Shown: positions 31,448 to 42,546, counted from the stretch's first letter. The stretch: 64,000 bases of DNA from Candidatus Eiseniibacteriota bacterium (GCA_044223005.1 JBGAML010000003.1:160001-224000); one strand, 5' to 3'. Notes: generated from the sequence alone by a model not told the origin. Program-made: numbers and translations.

Positions 31448-32053
31448 TCAGCGGATGCCCTCGGCGATGCAGACGGGGTAGAAGTGGATCGTGTTCGGCA
31501 CGTGGCGAACCTGCGCGAAGCCGGCCTCGCGCAGCAGCCGCTCCAGTCGCGCCGGGCTGAAGCCGCTCCGGTGGAACGCGTACGCGTTCTTCTGGCTGCC
31601 GTAGACCAGGCGGTAGTACCAGTCCTTGGACGCCTCGTCCGGCTGCGCGAGCAGCTGGCGCGCGGTCTCCTCGAAGTCCGGCACGTCGACGTGGCAGACA
31701 CCGCCCGGCTTGAGCAGCGAATGCCAGTACTTCAGCACCCGCGGCACGTCGGGATAGGCGATGTGCTCGAGCACCTGCACCGTGCGGATCTCGTCCACCG
31801 TCCCGGGCTCGACCGGCAGTGCGTCCACCGCGCCGTAGCGGTCCACCACGCAGTACTGCGGGCGGCCGGGGCCCTTCTCGAGCGTGGCCTGCGATTCCTC
31901 GTTCTTGTAGTAGCGCTCGACCGTGGTGCGGTTGATCTCGGCGAGGTCGGGCCGCTCGCTCGCGAGGTACGAGTAGCCGGGCACCTCGACGTCGATGTTG
32001 ACCCAGCCGTCGAGGTAGACCGTGCCGCAGCCGACGTGAAGCCGCAGGGACAT
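31448..32053 (-). CDS. Class I SAM-dependent methyltransferase
   Basis: LHVGCGTVYLDGWVNID, VLEH, LKPGGVCHVDVPD. Confidence 0.82.
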   Translation of the reverse strand: MSLRLHVGCGTVYLDGWVNIDVEVPGYSYLASERPDLAEINRTTVERYYKNEESQATLEKGPGRPQYCVVDRYGAVDALPVEPGTVDEIRTVQVLEHIAYPDVPRVLKYWHSLLKPGGVCHVDVPDFEETARQLLAQPDEASKDWYYRLVYGSQKNAYAFHRSGFSPARLERLLREAGFAQVRHVPNTIHFYPVCIAEGIR

Positions 32054-32126
32054 GGCGCAGCGCCTTTCGTGTGGGACGTGGGTGTGCCGAAACGGGCGGC
32101 GATGATGGCGCGTGGCCCCGGGCGGG

Positions 32127-33880
<1,754 letters not shown>

Positions 33881-33887
33881 GCCGGCC

Positions 33888-34874
33888 GTGATCTCGGTCG
33901 TCGTGCCCACGCGCGGCGACGCCGGCAAGCTCGACGGCCTGCTGGGCGCGCTCGAAGCGCAGACGCTGCCGCGGGAACGGTTCGAGGTGCTGCTGGCAGT
34001 CGACGGCGCGACGCCGTCGCCGGAGCTCGAGGCGCGCGTCGTGGGCCTGAACGGCCGCGTGCTGTCGCTGGCCGAGCGGCGTGGCCCCGGCGCGGCGCGC
34101 AACGTGGCGGCGGCGCTGGCGCGCGGCGAATGGCTCGCGCTCACCGAGGACGACGTCGTACCCGCGCCCGACTGGCTCGAGCGCGCCGAGGCGCGCATGT
34201 CGCGCGAGCCCGCGCCCGACGTGATCGAGGGGCTCACGGTGCTGCCGGGCGGCCGCGCGCTGCGCAACCACCTGGTGGGACTGCCGCAGTTCATCCCGAC
34301 CAACCTGTTCGTGCGTCGCAGCTGGTACGCGCGCGTCGGCGGCTACGAAGAGGCGTTCTTCGACGCGGCGCATGGCCTCTACTTTCGCGAGGATTCCGAT
34401 TTCGGTTTCAAGCTCGAGGAGGCACGCGCCGTGATCGTGCACGACGACACCGTGCGCGTGACGCATCCCGACGAGCACCCGGGCTTCTGGGACCCGATGC
34501 GCTGGGCCGCGCGCTACGAGATGGATCCGCTGCTCGCGCTCCGCCACCCGCGGCTCTTCCGCGAGCGCATCGAGGTGCACCAGGTGGGACCGGTACGCGT
34601 GCGCCGCCCGATCGTGCGCGCCTGTGTCGGTGCCGTCCTCGCGGTGCTGCTCGCGCTGGCGCTGGCCGTGGCCGGCCGCGGCGCGTCGTCGGCCCCGCTG
34701 CTCGCGATCGCGGTGCTGTGCATGCTCGCGGTGTGGGCGAAGTGGAAGTTCCACCCGCTGCGGCTGCCGATGGCGTTCCTCGTGCCGCCGGCCATGACGG
34801 TGGCCCTGCTACGCGGCCAGTTCCGCGCGGCCGCGTGGGCGAAGGCGCGGGAACAACGGAAGGCGAGCCCGTAA
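33888..34874 (+). CDS. Glycosyltransferase family 2 with C-terminal TM helices
   Basis: ISVVVPTR, GPGAARN, LTEDD, REDSDFG. Confidence 0.83.
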   Translation: MISVVVPTRGDAGKLDGLLGALEAQTLPRERFEVLLAVDGATPSPELEARVVGLNGRVLSLAERRGPGAARNVAAALARGEWLALTEDDVVPAPDWLERAEARMSREPAPDVIEGLTVLPGGRALRNHLVGLPQFIPTNLFVRRSWYARVGGYEEAFFDAAHGLYFREDSDFGFKLEEARAVIVHDDTVRVTHPDEHPGFWDPMRWAARYEMDPLLALRHPRLFRERIEVHQVGPVRVRRPIVRACVGAVLAVLLALALAVAGRGASSAPLLAIAVLCMLAVWAKWKFHPLRLPMAFLVPPAMTVALLRGQFRAAAWAKAREQRKASP

Positions 34875-34883
34875 GTTCGAAGG

Positions 34884-35038
34884 CGTTCCGCGTGCCGGCC
34901 GGGGACGTCGACGGACGGTGCGCCCGAGGCGCGAGCGAAGCCAGGGATGGCGTGAGCCGCGCCTGGATGCGGTGAGGTGAGGCAGGATGCCGAACCGAAC
35001 GGGCCGTCCGTCGACGTCCCCGGCCGGCGCGCGGAACG
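34884..35038. repeat. 155-bp intergenic element bounded by 35-bp inverted repeats with internal GGA-loop hairpins (REP/MITE-like or structured RNA)
   Basis: 34884-34918 is the reverse complement of 35004-35038 with one mismatch (G-U compatible); internal GCCA-GGGA-TGGC and GGCA-GGA-TGCC hairpins; between convergent genes. Confidence 0.8.
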
Positions 35039-35043
35039 TTCCG

Positions 35044-36441
35044 CTAGTACGCGCTCGCGTCGCGGAAGACGCGGCCGACCGTGAGCCAGAGGATCCGCAG
35101 GTCGAACAGCAGCGACCAGTGCTCGATGTAGTAGAGGTCGTACTGGATGCGCTGTTCCAGTGGCGTGTCGCCGCGCAGGCCGTTCACCTGCGCCCAGCCC
35201 GTGAGGCCCGCGCGCACGTGGTGGCGCAGCATGTACCGCGGAATGGACGCGCGGAAGCGGCCCACGTGCTCGGGCTGCTCGGGCCGCGGGCCCACCAGGC
35301 TCATGTCGCCCACGATCACGTTCCAGAGCTGCGGCAGTTCGTCGAGCGAGAGCCGGCGCAGCGTCGTGCCGAGTTTCGTGCGGCGCGGGTCGTCCTTCGT
35401 GGTCCAGCCGCCGCCCGCGGGATCGGCGTCCGCGCGCATGCTGCGGAACTTGATCATGCGGAACCGCCGGCCGTTGAGGCCCACGCGTTCCTGCGTGTAG
35501 AAGACCGGCCCCGGCGAGTCGAGCTTCACGAGCAGCGCGATCGCCAGCATCACCGGTGACGCGATCAGCAGCGCGACCGACGCGCCCACGAGGTCGAACG
35601 CGCGTTTGGCGACGGCGTTCCAGCCCTGCTCCGGGCTCTCGGTGACGAGCACGACCGGCATGCCGTCGAAGTCCTCGACGCTCGGGTTGAGCCGGTAGGC
35701 CGCCGAGAGATCGGGCACCATCCGCACGGCGACCGTGGAGTCCTCGAGCAGTTGCAGCGCGCGCTCCTCGGCCTGCCATTCCGAGCGCTGCAGGGCGAGG
35801 TAGATGATCTCGGCGCCGTGCCTCTCGGCGAGCCGAGGGAGGTCCTCGACCGTGCCGATCACCGGAACGCCGGCGACGCGCTCGGGCGCGCGGGCGGCGG
35901 ACTCCGCGACGAGCCCGTGCACCATGAGGCCGAAGTCGGCGTGCTGGCGGATCTTCGCGAGCAGGTGCTCGGCCGTGGCGCCGGTGCCCACCACGAGGAC
36001 GTGCCGCAGGTTCCGGCCGCTGCGCCGCAGCGTGCGCAGCCAGAGCCGCAGCACGATGCGGTCCGCGGTGAAGATCGCCATGGCGGTGACGTAGAAGACC
36101 ACGATGACCGCGCGCGAGAGCTCGCCGCGCACGAGGTACGAACCCAGCGCCGCGAGCGCCGCGGTGACCGCGAGCGACTGCGCGAGCGAGAACACCTCGT
36201 GGCCGATGCGTTCGGTGCGCGCCGAGCGGTAGAGCCGGAACGAGCGCAGCACGAGCAGCGCCGTCGGCACCAGCACCGCGCATGCCCAAAGGTAGGGCCG
36301 CAGCGGCGGCACACCGCGCGGGGCGGCGAGATGCAGCCCGAAGAAGCGCAGCCAGTAAGCGAGCAGCCACGCCGCCCCGACGAGCAGCCCGTCCTGGACG
36401 AACATGGCGGTGGCGAACAGCTGGCGACTGCGATTGAACAT
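35044..36441 (-). CDS. wcaJ: Undecaprenyl-phosphate glucose phosphotransferase (WcaJ-type initiator)
   Basis: KRAFDL, GPVFYTQERVG, KFRSM, SLDELPQLWNV..GDMSLVGPRPE, GLTGWAQVNGLRG, DLYYIEHWS. Confidence 0.9.
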   Translation of the reverse strand: MFNRSRQLFATAMFVQDGLLVGAAWLLAYWLRFFGLHLAAPRGVPPLRPYLWACAVLVPTALLVLRSFRLYRSARTERIGHEVFSLAQSLAVTAALAALGSYLVRGELSRAVIVVFYVTAMAIFTADRIVLRLWLRTLRRSGRNLRHVLVVGTGATAEHLLAKIRQHADFGLMVHGLVAESAARAPERVAGVPVIGTVEDLPRLAERHGAEIIYLALQRSEWQAEERALQLLEDSTVAVRMVPDLSAAYRLNPSVEDFDGMPVVLVTESPEQGWNAVAKRAFDLVGASVALLIASPVMLAIALLVKLDSPGPVFYTQERVGLNGRRFRMIKFRSMRADADPAGGGWTTKDDPRRTKLGTTLRRLSLDELPQLWNVIVGDMSLVGPRPEQPEHVGRFRASIPRYMLRHHVRAGLTGWAQVNGLRGDTPLEQRIQYDLYYIEHWSLLFDLRILWLTVGRVFRDASAY

Positions 36442-36563
36442 GGGCGCGACTGTAGCCCAGAGCCCCCGGACCGCGCACCCGCGGTTCCGGCGGCAGAACT
36501 CCCGGGAACCCCGGCGCGCCGGAGGTGGTAGGAGCACGTGCTTCGCCCCGGAAAGGACGTTTC

Positions 36564-37256
36564 GTGAAACGCTCCCCGGCCGCCTTCGCGGCGCTGTTCC
36601 TCGCCGTCACCTGTTTCGGCTGCGACCCGCACCGCACGCTGTCCTCGACCCGCGGCGGCGACGCACTCGAATTGGTCGCATCGTCGCCCGTGGAGGTCGT
36701 GACGCTCTTCGCCGCCCGGTGGCGGGCGCGCGACGCCTCCGGCTACCTGTCGCTGCTGACGCGCGATTTCGGGTTCACGTACGGGCCCGGGGATTCCGCG
36801 GGCAGCTCCTCCCGCGTGAAGCCGTGGGACTTCGCGGCCGAGTCGACGTTCGTCACGCACATGCTCGTGGGGGGGGGCGCACGCGTGCCGCTCTCGGACG
36901 TGCAGGTCCGTTTCGTGGGTTCCCTCACGCCCACGGCCGACCTCCGGCCCGGCCACGCGAATCGCTGGCATCGGCTGGTGAGAGTCTTCGTGTACGTGAC
37001 GGGGGCGGCCGACTCCGCGGGTGTGCAACTCCTGCCCGCCGCATGGGGCGCATCGGATTTCTACCTCGTGCGGGGCGATTCGGCCCGGACCCGCCCGGGC
37101 TGCGCGTTGGGAGACCTCGCCGATTCCACGAGCTGGTACCTCGAACGCTGGGACGATCTGGGCAGCGGGCACGACGAGCCACCGCTCACGCTCGGCGGTC
37201 TGCGCCAGCGCTGGCTGGAGCCGGCCGCCGCGAAGGTCGCGGCGATCGCGCGCTGA
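36564..37256 (+). CDS. Hypothetical lipoprotein, possibly NTF2/SnoaL-like fold (paralog A)
   Basis: AAGGA RBS + GTG; lipobox-like TCFG/C; YLSLLTRDFGF, YLVRGDSA, WYLERWDD. Confidence 0.65.
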   Translation: MKRSPAAFAALFLAVTCFGCDPHRTLSSTRGGDALELVASSPVEVVTLFAARWRARDASGYLSLLTRDFGFTYGPGDSAGSSSRVKPWDFAAESTFVTHMLVGGGARVPLSDVQVRFVGSLTPTADLRPGHANRWHRLVRVFVYVTGAADSAGVQLLPAAWGASDFYLVRGDSARTRPGCALGDLADSTSWYLERWDDLGSGHDEPPLTLGGLRQRWLEPAAAKVAAIAR

Positions 37257-37370
37257 TCGCCGACACGGGGACCGCCCACCTCGGAGCCGGTGCGTGCGGT
37301 CCCCGCGAGGTGGAGTGCCCTTTCCTGCAGGCGTAGACTCGGAGGCGACGTCCCCCGCCAGGAGTCGCTC

Positions 37371-38042
37371 GTGCGCCGCATCGCTCGCTTCTTCGCCCTC
37401 GTCCTGCTCGCGTCGTCGCTGTTCGCGTGTGCCCGCAAACACGCCACGGCACCGGTCGTGACCCCGGTGCCGGTCGCCGACTCTCCCAGGGCCGCCGTGC
37501 GGCTCTACTTCCAGGGGCTGGCGTCACGCGATCCCGCCGCGTGCCTGCGCCTCCTGACGGACGATTACACGTTCGTGTTCGCGGCGAACGATTCGAGCGG
37601 CGCCCCCTTCCGCACGACAGCCTGGGGACGGCTGGACGAGACGTCCTCGCTCGAGCACCTGTTCACGGGGGGCAGTTCGTCGCCCGTGGCCGCGGACTTC
37701 CAGGCCACGATCGACAACGCGCTCGTTCCGATGACCGACACGAGGCCCGGCAAGGACCCAGACGTCCACAAGGCCGTCTCGACGTCGCTCATGCTCCGGG
37801 TCACGTTCGATCGCAATGGCACGCCGGATGTCTGGGTGATCAATGGACGCGCCCTGCTCTACGTGGTCCGGGGCGATTCCGCGGCCATCGGACCCGAGCG
37901 GCTGGCGAGCGAGGGTTCACCGGCCGGCCGCTGGTACGTGTCGGGCTACGAGGACCAGACGGCGGGCAACCTCGCGCCCGGCTTCCATGCCGATCCCACC
38001 CGGAGCTATTCGTGGGGGAGCCTGAAGGCCGCGTACCGCTGA
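37371..38042 (+). CDS. Hypothetical lipoprotein, possibly NTF2/SnoaL-like fold (paralog B)
   Basis: AGGAG RBS + GTG; lipobox LFA/C; LLTDDYTF, YVVRGDSA, WYVSGYED; ends SWGSLKAAYR. Confidence 0.7.
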   Translation: MRRIARFFALVLLASSLFACARKHATAPVVTPVPVADSPRAAVRLYFQGLASRDPAACLRLLTDDYTFVFAANDSSGAPFRTTAWGRLDETSSLEHLFTGGSSSPVAADFQATIDNALVPMTDTRPGKDPDVHKAVSTSLMLRVTFDRNGTPDVWVINGRALLYVVRGDSAAIGPERLASEGSPAGRWYVSGYEDQTAGNLAPGFHADPTRSYSWGSLKAAYR

Positions 38043-38247
38043 GCCGGGCGACTTGCGGACCGCGCCTAGGCGTCCGCCACCCGCCGCCGAGAGCGGCCCC
38101 GGGCGGCCCGCACGGGGTGGCCCCTGCCGCCGCCCGCCCGGAACGCGATCCCGCGGCCCGCTTGGCGGTCCGGGCGGCTTACCGTATACTCCGCGCCCGC
38201 TTCCGCAGGCCCGTCTCACGGGCGCAATAGCCAGAAAGGAGCCCGTC

Positions 38248-38613
38248 ATGGGCCTCATCCAGAAGATCGAGAACAGCCAGCTCAAGAGCGAGGTTCCCGA
38301 CCTTCGCCCCGGCACCACCGTCGAGGTCAGCGTTCGCGTGATCGAAGGCGACAAGGAACGCCAGCAGAAGTTCAAGGGCGAGGTCACCAACGTGCGCGGC
38401 GCCGGCATGCGCAAGACGTTCACGGTCCGCAAGATCTCCGAGGGCATCGGAGTCGAGCGCACGTGGCCGCTGCACTCGCCGTCGATCGCCGGCATCAAGG
38501 TCGTCGGCCAGAAGAAGGTCCGCCGCGCGAAGCTCTTCTACCTGCGCAAGAAGAAGGGCAAGGCCGCTCGTCTCAAGGAGCGTGTCGTGCAGGGAGACGC
38601 GGCCGCGAAGTGA
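38248..38613 (+). CDS. rplS: 50S ribosomal protein L19
   Basis: PDLRPGTTV.V..RVIEGDKERQQKFKG, TFTVRKIS.GIGVER, VRRAKLFYLR; AAGGAG RBS; TATACT -10 at 38185. Confidence 0.96.
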   Translation: MGLIQKIENSQLKSEVPDLRPGTTVEVSVRVIEGDKERQQKFKGEVTNVRGAGMRKTFTVRKISEGIGVERTWPLHSPSIAGIKVVGQKKVRRAKLFYLRKKKGKAARLKERVVQGDAAAK

Positions 38614-39242
38614 AGTCACCCCGCTGGCGCCGTCTGGCGCGCGCCGAGGCCCAGCTCGCCGGGTCGCGCGCCACGGTCGCCGGGGTGGACGAAGCCGGAC
38701 GTGGTCCCCTTGCCGGTCCGGTGGTCGCCGCCGCGGTCGTGCTGGATCCGTCGCTCGACTGGGACGGGTTCAACGACAGCAAGCAGCTCAGCGCGGCGAA
38801 GCGCGAAGAACATTACGCCCGGGTCCTCTCGCAGGCCCGGGCGTTCGCGTGGTGCGTCGTCGGTGCGCGCACGATCGATCGCGACAACATCCGGCGCGCG
38901 ACGCTCGAGGCGATGCGGCGTTCGGTGGCCCGGCTCCGCGTGGCACCCGAGCTCGTGCTGGTGGACGGCAACGACACCGTGCCAGGCCTGGTGTGCGAGC
39001 AGCAGTTCGTGATCGACGGTGACGCGACGTGCCTGTCGATCGCCGCGGCGAGCATCGTCGCGAAGGTCGTGCGCGACCGGATCATGACGCGGCTCGATCG
39101 CGTCTGGCCGCAGTACGGCTTCGCGCAGCACAAGGGCTACGGCACCGCCGAGCACCTTGCCGCACTGCGCGAACACGGCCCGTGTCCGCTGCATCGCCTC
39201 AGCTACGCGCCCGTGTCGGCGCTGGAACTGCCGCTGGGCTGA
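38610..39242 (+). CDS. rnhB: Ribonuclease HII
   Basis: GVDEAGRGPLAGPV, DSKQL, LVDG, SIAAASIVAKVVRD, HKGYGT. Confidence 0.95.
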   Translation: MKSPRWRRLARAEAQLAGSRATVAGVDEAGRGPLAGPVVAAAVVLDPSLDWDGFNDSKQLSAAKREEHYARVLSQARAFAWCVVGARTIDRDNIRRATLEAMRRSVARLRVAPELVLVDGNDTVPGLVCEQQFVIDGDATCLSIAAASIVAKVVRDRIMTRLDRVWPQYGFAQHKGYGTAEHLAALREHGPCPLHRLSYAPVSALELPLG

Positions 39243-39258
39243 GCGAACGACGTCGCCG

Positions 39259-39426
39259 CTACCGCGTCAGCTTCCAGCCCAACCAGATACCCGCGAGCCC
39301 GCCGAGGGTGCTGCCGGCGAGTGACGTCAGCGAGAAGCCGGAGGCTCCCCACAGCGTGGGGATCCAGCCGCCGACGAATCCGCCGACGATCATGCCGAGC
39401 GTGATCATGCCGCGAGGACTGAACAT
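39259..39426 (-). CDS. Small glycine-zipper membrane protein (55 aa; absent from ORF track)
   Basis: MFSPRGMITLGMIVGGFVGGWIPTLWGASGFSLTSLAGSTLGGLAGIWLGWKLTR; AGGAG RBS upstream. Confidence 0.75.
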   Translation of the reverse strand: MFSPRGMITLGMIVGGFVGGWIPTLWGASGFSLTSLAGSTLGGLAGIWLGWKLTR

Positions 39427-39535
39427 GAGGTGGGCGCGCTCCTGAGGTTCCGGCCCGAACGATGGATGCAGGTGCCATCGGCGCGCAAGACCCTGCGCTG
39501 AACGTCGGCGTGACGGGGGCTTCCGGAGAAGCGAA

Positions 39536-39564
39536 GGGCCGGGGTCCGCTTCGGACCCCGGCCC
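39536..39564 (-). terminator. Stem-loop downstream of the large secreted-protein gene
   Basis: GGGCCGGGGTCCG-CTT-CGGACCCCGGCCC, 13-bp stem; weak U tract. Confidence 0.55.
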
Positions 39565-39588
39565 CCCTGATTCCGGCGTTCGCGCGCG

Positions 39589-42546
39589 CTACTCGAGCAG
39601 CGTCAGCTTCTGCGTCCCCACGACGCGGTCGCCGAGGCGCATGCGGACGAAGTAGAGACCCGAGGGCAGCGCGCGGCCCTGCTCGTCGGTGGCCGCCCAC
39701 GCCTCGGTCCACTCGCCGGCGCCCTTCGCGCCCGGCGAGAGGTGCGCCACGCGGCGGCCGGCCATGTCGATCACGTCGAACGTGACCTCGGCCGCGTCAT
39801 GCAGCGCGTACTGCAGGTGCAGGCCCGCGCGGCCCGGGTTGGGCGAGGCGCCGTGCAGCGCGTCGCGCGCCGGCGGCGGCGCACCGTCCGCCGCGGTGAC
39901 GCCGTTGTTGATCCCGACGTCGAACTGCCCGTCGCCACCGTCGTTCACGACCACGACGCCGTACCAGCCGGTCGCGGGCGCGACGAAACTCTTCGAATAG
40001 GCGCTCTCCAGGATCGCGCCGCTGCGGGGCTGCCAGCTCACGCCACCGGTGGGCGCGAACATGCAGGCCTTCGCATCGAGCGTGTTGTCGTGCGTGAAGA
40101 ACGCCGTGTAGGTCTGGCCCGCGTTCAGGAACACGTCCCAGCTCTCCACCAGGAACGAGTTGGAGACGTGCCGCGTCGCGAATGGGCCACCGATTGCCAG
40201 CGTCTGGCCGCCGGGGAAGGCGCCCATGTATGCGGCCCCGGTGCCGGAGAATCGGTTCGCGCGTGCGTCGTACGTGCCGGGAGGATTGACGTTGAAATCG
40301 CCGACGACGAAGTCGGTCCGACCCGCGACGAAACTCGAGGCGGCGAGGATGCCGCTCGCGCATGCGCCGAGCGCCCCGCCCGTTGCCGAGCTGTACGCTC
40401 CGACGTCCCAGTCTTCGGCCGGCAATGCGGCGCGTACCGCGACCGGGGACCAGTAGCCGGCCGAGGGGACCCACGACGCGAGTTCGACGGGGTGATTCGT
40501 GACCCACGACGCCGGCGGCGCCGGCAGCGTCACGACGGGGTCGCACGTGCGGACGCGGACCCGGTAGCTGTCGGTCACTCCGTCGTCGTTGACGACGACG
40601 AGACCGTAGTAGCCCGTGGACGGCGCGGTGTAGGTCTGGGTGAGGGCCGTCTCGAACTGGGCGCTGCTGCGCCCGCTCCAGTAGACGCCGCCGGACGCAT
40701 TGCGGAAGAGCAGGAGCTGCAGGCCGGCGCCGCCGCCGTGCAGCAGGTCGAACGCGTACGTCTGGCCCGCGACCAGGCGCACGTCCCAGCACTTCACGAT
40801 CTCGCCGGGGCCGGTCTCGTAGAGCGGGAGGTTGTTGTCATTCGGGACGATCTGGTCACTGCCCGAATCCCACTGGACGTCGGCCGCCGAGAACGCCCCG
40901 ATCGTGAACTGGTCGGCCGCCACGTAGTACGTGCCGACCGGGTTCGCGTTGAAGTCGCCCACGACGAGGTCCATCACCGGAAGCGGGTACCCCGAGGTGC
41001 CGAGAACCGTCGTCGCGCAGAAGGGCCAGGAGCCGTTCACGTTGTCCTGGCTCACGCCCAGGTCCCAATCCACCGACGGATTCCGCACGCCGACCACGGT
41101 CCAGTACGCCGTGTTCTGCTGGAACGAGTAGTAGGCGTACGGGCGCGGCGTGGTCTCGATCGTGCCGGGGGTGAGCGCGGTCACCGCGCCACACTCCGCG
41201 ACCTCGAGCGTGTAGCCGGCGGCGAGCGCGGCGTCGTTCATGACCGCGATCCCGTAGTAGTCCGTCGTGGGCGCGGTGTAGTTGGCCGTCGTACCGGTGG
41301 TGAGGACGGCGCTGGGCCTGCCGACGAAGTAGGAGCCGCCTTCGGGATTGGCGAAGAGCGCCAGGTTGATCCCGGCCGGCGCACCGAAGTTGAACGTGTA
41401 CGTGTGTCCCGCCTGCAGGAACACGTTGTACATGTGCGCGAGGTCGCCCGCTCCGAACGAGGCCCCGGTCGCCTGCCCGTTGATCGTGAGGTCGCCCTGC
41501 GTGCTCGTGAACTGGACGCTCGCCGACGCGCCGCCCGAGAACTGCGACGCGTAGCCGAAGTACCAGCCCGGATTGGAGTGGTAGAAGTCGCCCACCACGA
41601 GGTCCACGGTTCCGCCGCCCAGCGCCGACGACGCGAGGACTCCCGACGGGCACTCGGGCGCGGCGCCGCCGGCCGGCGAGGATTCGAGTTTCGCGTCCCA
41701 GTCGCCACCGTTGCCGCGCACGGCGAGCCCCATCCACCACGGGAACGAGCCCTCGAACGCGAACGCGCCTCCCGGCGGCAGCGCGAACGCGGGCGTCGTC
41801 GTGGAAAGCGAGAGCGGCACGCCGCACGGACTCGAGCTCACGGCCAGCGTGTAGCCGAACGTGGCGGCGGCGTCGTTGATCACGACGAGCGCGTAGAAGC
41901 CGGTCGCGGGTGCGGTGTACGTCGTCGGGCCCGAGACCTCGAGCTGCGACGCCGAGCGGCCCGCCCAGTACGTGCCCCCGCCCGTGTTCCGGAAGAGCGC
42001 CAGGCGCCCCGACCCTCCCGTCTCGGGGAAGAAGTCGATCGCGTACGAGGTGCCCCCGATCAGGAAGACGTCGTAGACGCGGACGAGGTCGGGAGCGTAC
42101 ATGCTGTTCGCGTCGCCGGGAGAGTCGACGGTGATCGCGTCGGGGCCGTCGTCCCACTGGACGCTCGCGTCCGCGGCGCCCGAGTAGCGGTTGGCGACCG
42201 CGTAGTAGGTGCCGAGGGGATCCGCGTTGAAGTCGCCGATCACGAAATCGATGTTGCTGCCGGAGGCGACCGACGACGCGAGCTGGCCGCTCACGCACGC
42301 GGGATCGGCGGCCGTGCCGGAATAGACGCGCAGATCCCAGTCGTCGCCGGGCTGCGGCCGCACGGCGGCGGCCGTCCAGTAGAAGACGGACTGCGTGAAC
42401 GTGAAGTTGCCGGACGGAGCCGCGACGGGCGCCGCGACGCCGCTCGTGAGCGGCGTGTAGACGCAGGCGGCGTGCGCGGTCACCACGCCGGCGAGCGCGA
42501 ACGCGGCGAGCAGCGGCGCGGCGAGGACGTGCGTGCGCGCGGTCAT
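39589..42546 (-). CDS. Large secreted protein (985 aa): four tandem ~215-aa beta-rich repeats plus FlgD-Ig/T9SS-like C-terminal domain
   Basis: Signal peptide ending AHA; four copies of C...YW...VR...DWD...C...D(F/L)V(I/V)GDF...YTAP.TG.Y...VVND; C-terminal SPNP...DMAGRRV...LPSGLYFVR. Confidence 0.82.
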   Translation of the reverse strand: MTARTHVLAAPLLAAFALAGVVTAHAACVYTPLTSGVAAPVAAPSGNFTFTQSVFYWTAAAVRPQPGDDWDLRVYSGTAADPACVSGQLASSVASGSNIDFVIGDFNADPLGTYYAVANRYSGAADASVQWDDGPDAITVDSPGDANSMYAPDLVRVYDVFLIGGTSYAIDFFPETGGSGRLALFRNTGGGTYWAGRSASQLEVSGPTTYTAPATGFYALVVINDAAATFGYTLAVSSSPCGVPLSLSTTTPAFALPPGGAFAFEGSFPWWMGLAVRGNGGDWDAKLESSPAGGAAPECPSGVLASSALGGGTVDLVVGDFYHSNPGWYFGYASQFSGGASASVQFTSTQGDLTINGQATGASFGAGDLAHMYNVFLQAGHTYTFNFGAPAGINLALFANPEGGSYFVGRPSAVLTTGTTANYTAPTTDYYGIAVMNDAALAAGYTLEVAECGAVTALTPGTIETTPRPYAYYSFQQNTAYWTVVGVRNPSVDWDLGVSQDNVNGSWPFCATTVLGTSGYPLPVMDLVVGDFNANPVGTYYVAADQFTIGAFSAADVQWDSGSDQIVPNDNNLPLYETGPGEIVKCWDVRLVAGQTYAFDLLHGGGAGLQLLLFRNASGGVYWSGRSSAQFETALTQTYTAPSTGYYGLVVVNDDGVTDSYRVRVRTCDPVVTLPAPPASWVTNHPVELASWVPSAGYWSPVAVRAALPAEDWDVGAYSSATGGALGACASGILAASSFVAGRTDFVVGDFNVNPPGTYDARANRFSGTGAAYMGAFPGGQTLAIGGPFATRHVSNSFLVESWDVFLNAGQTYTAFFTHDNTLDAKACMFAPTGGVSWQPRSGAILESAYSKSFVAPATGWYGVVVVNDGGDGQFDVGINNGVTAADGAPPPARDALHGASPNPGRAGLHLQYALHDAAEVTFDVIDMAGRRVAHLSPGAKGAGEWTEAWAATDEQGRALPSGLYFVRMRLGDRVVGTQKLTLLE

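Noticed and set aside
34884..35038. Autonomous IS element
   Set aside because: No transposase ORF and no clear target-site duplication; kept only as a non-autonomous or structured repeat candidate
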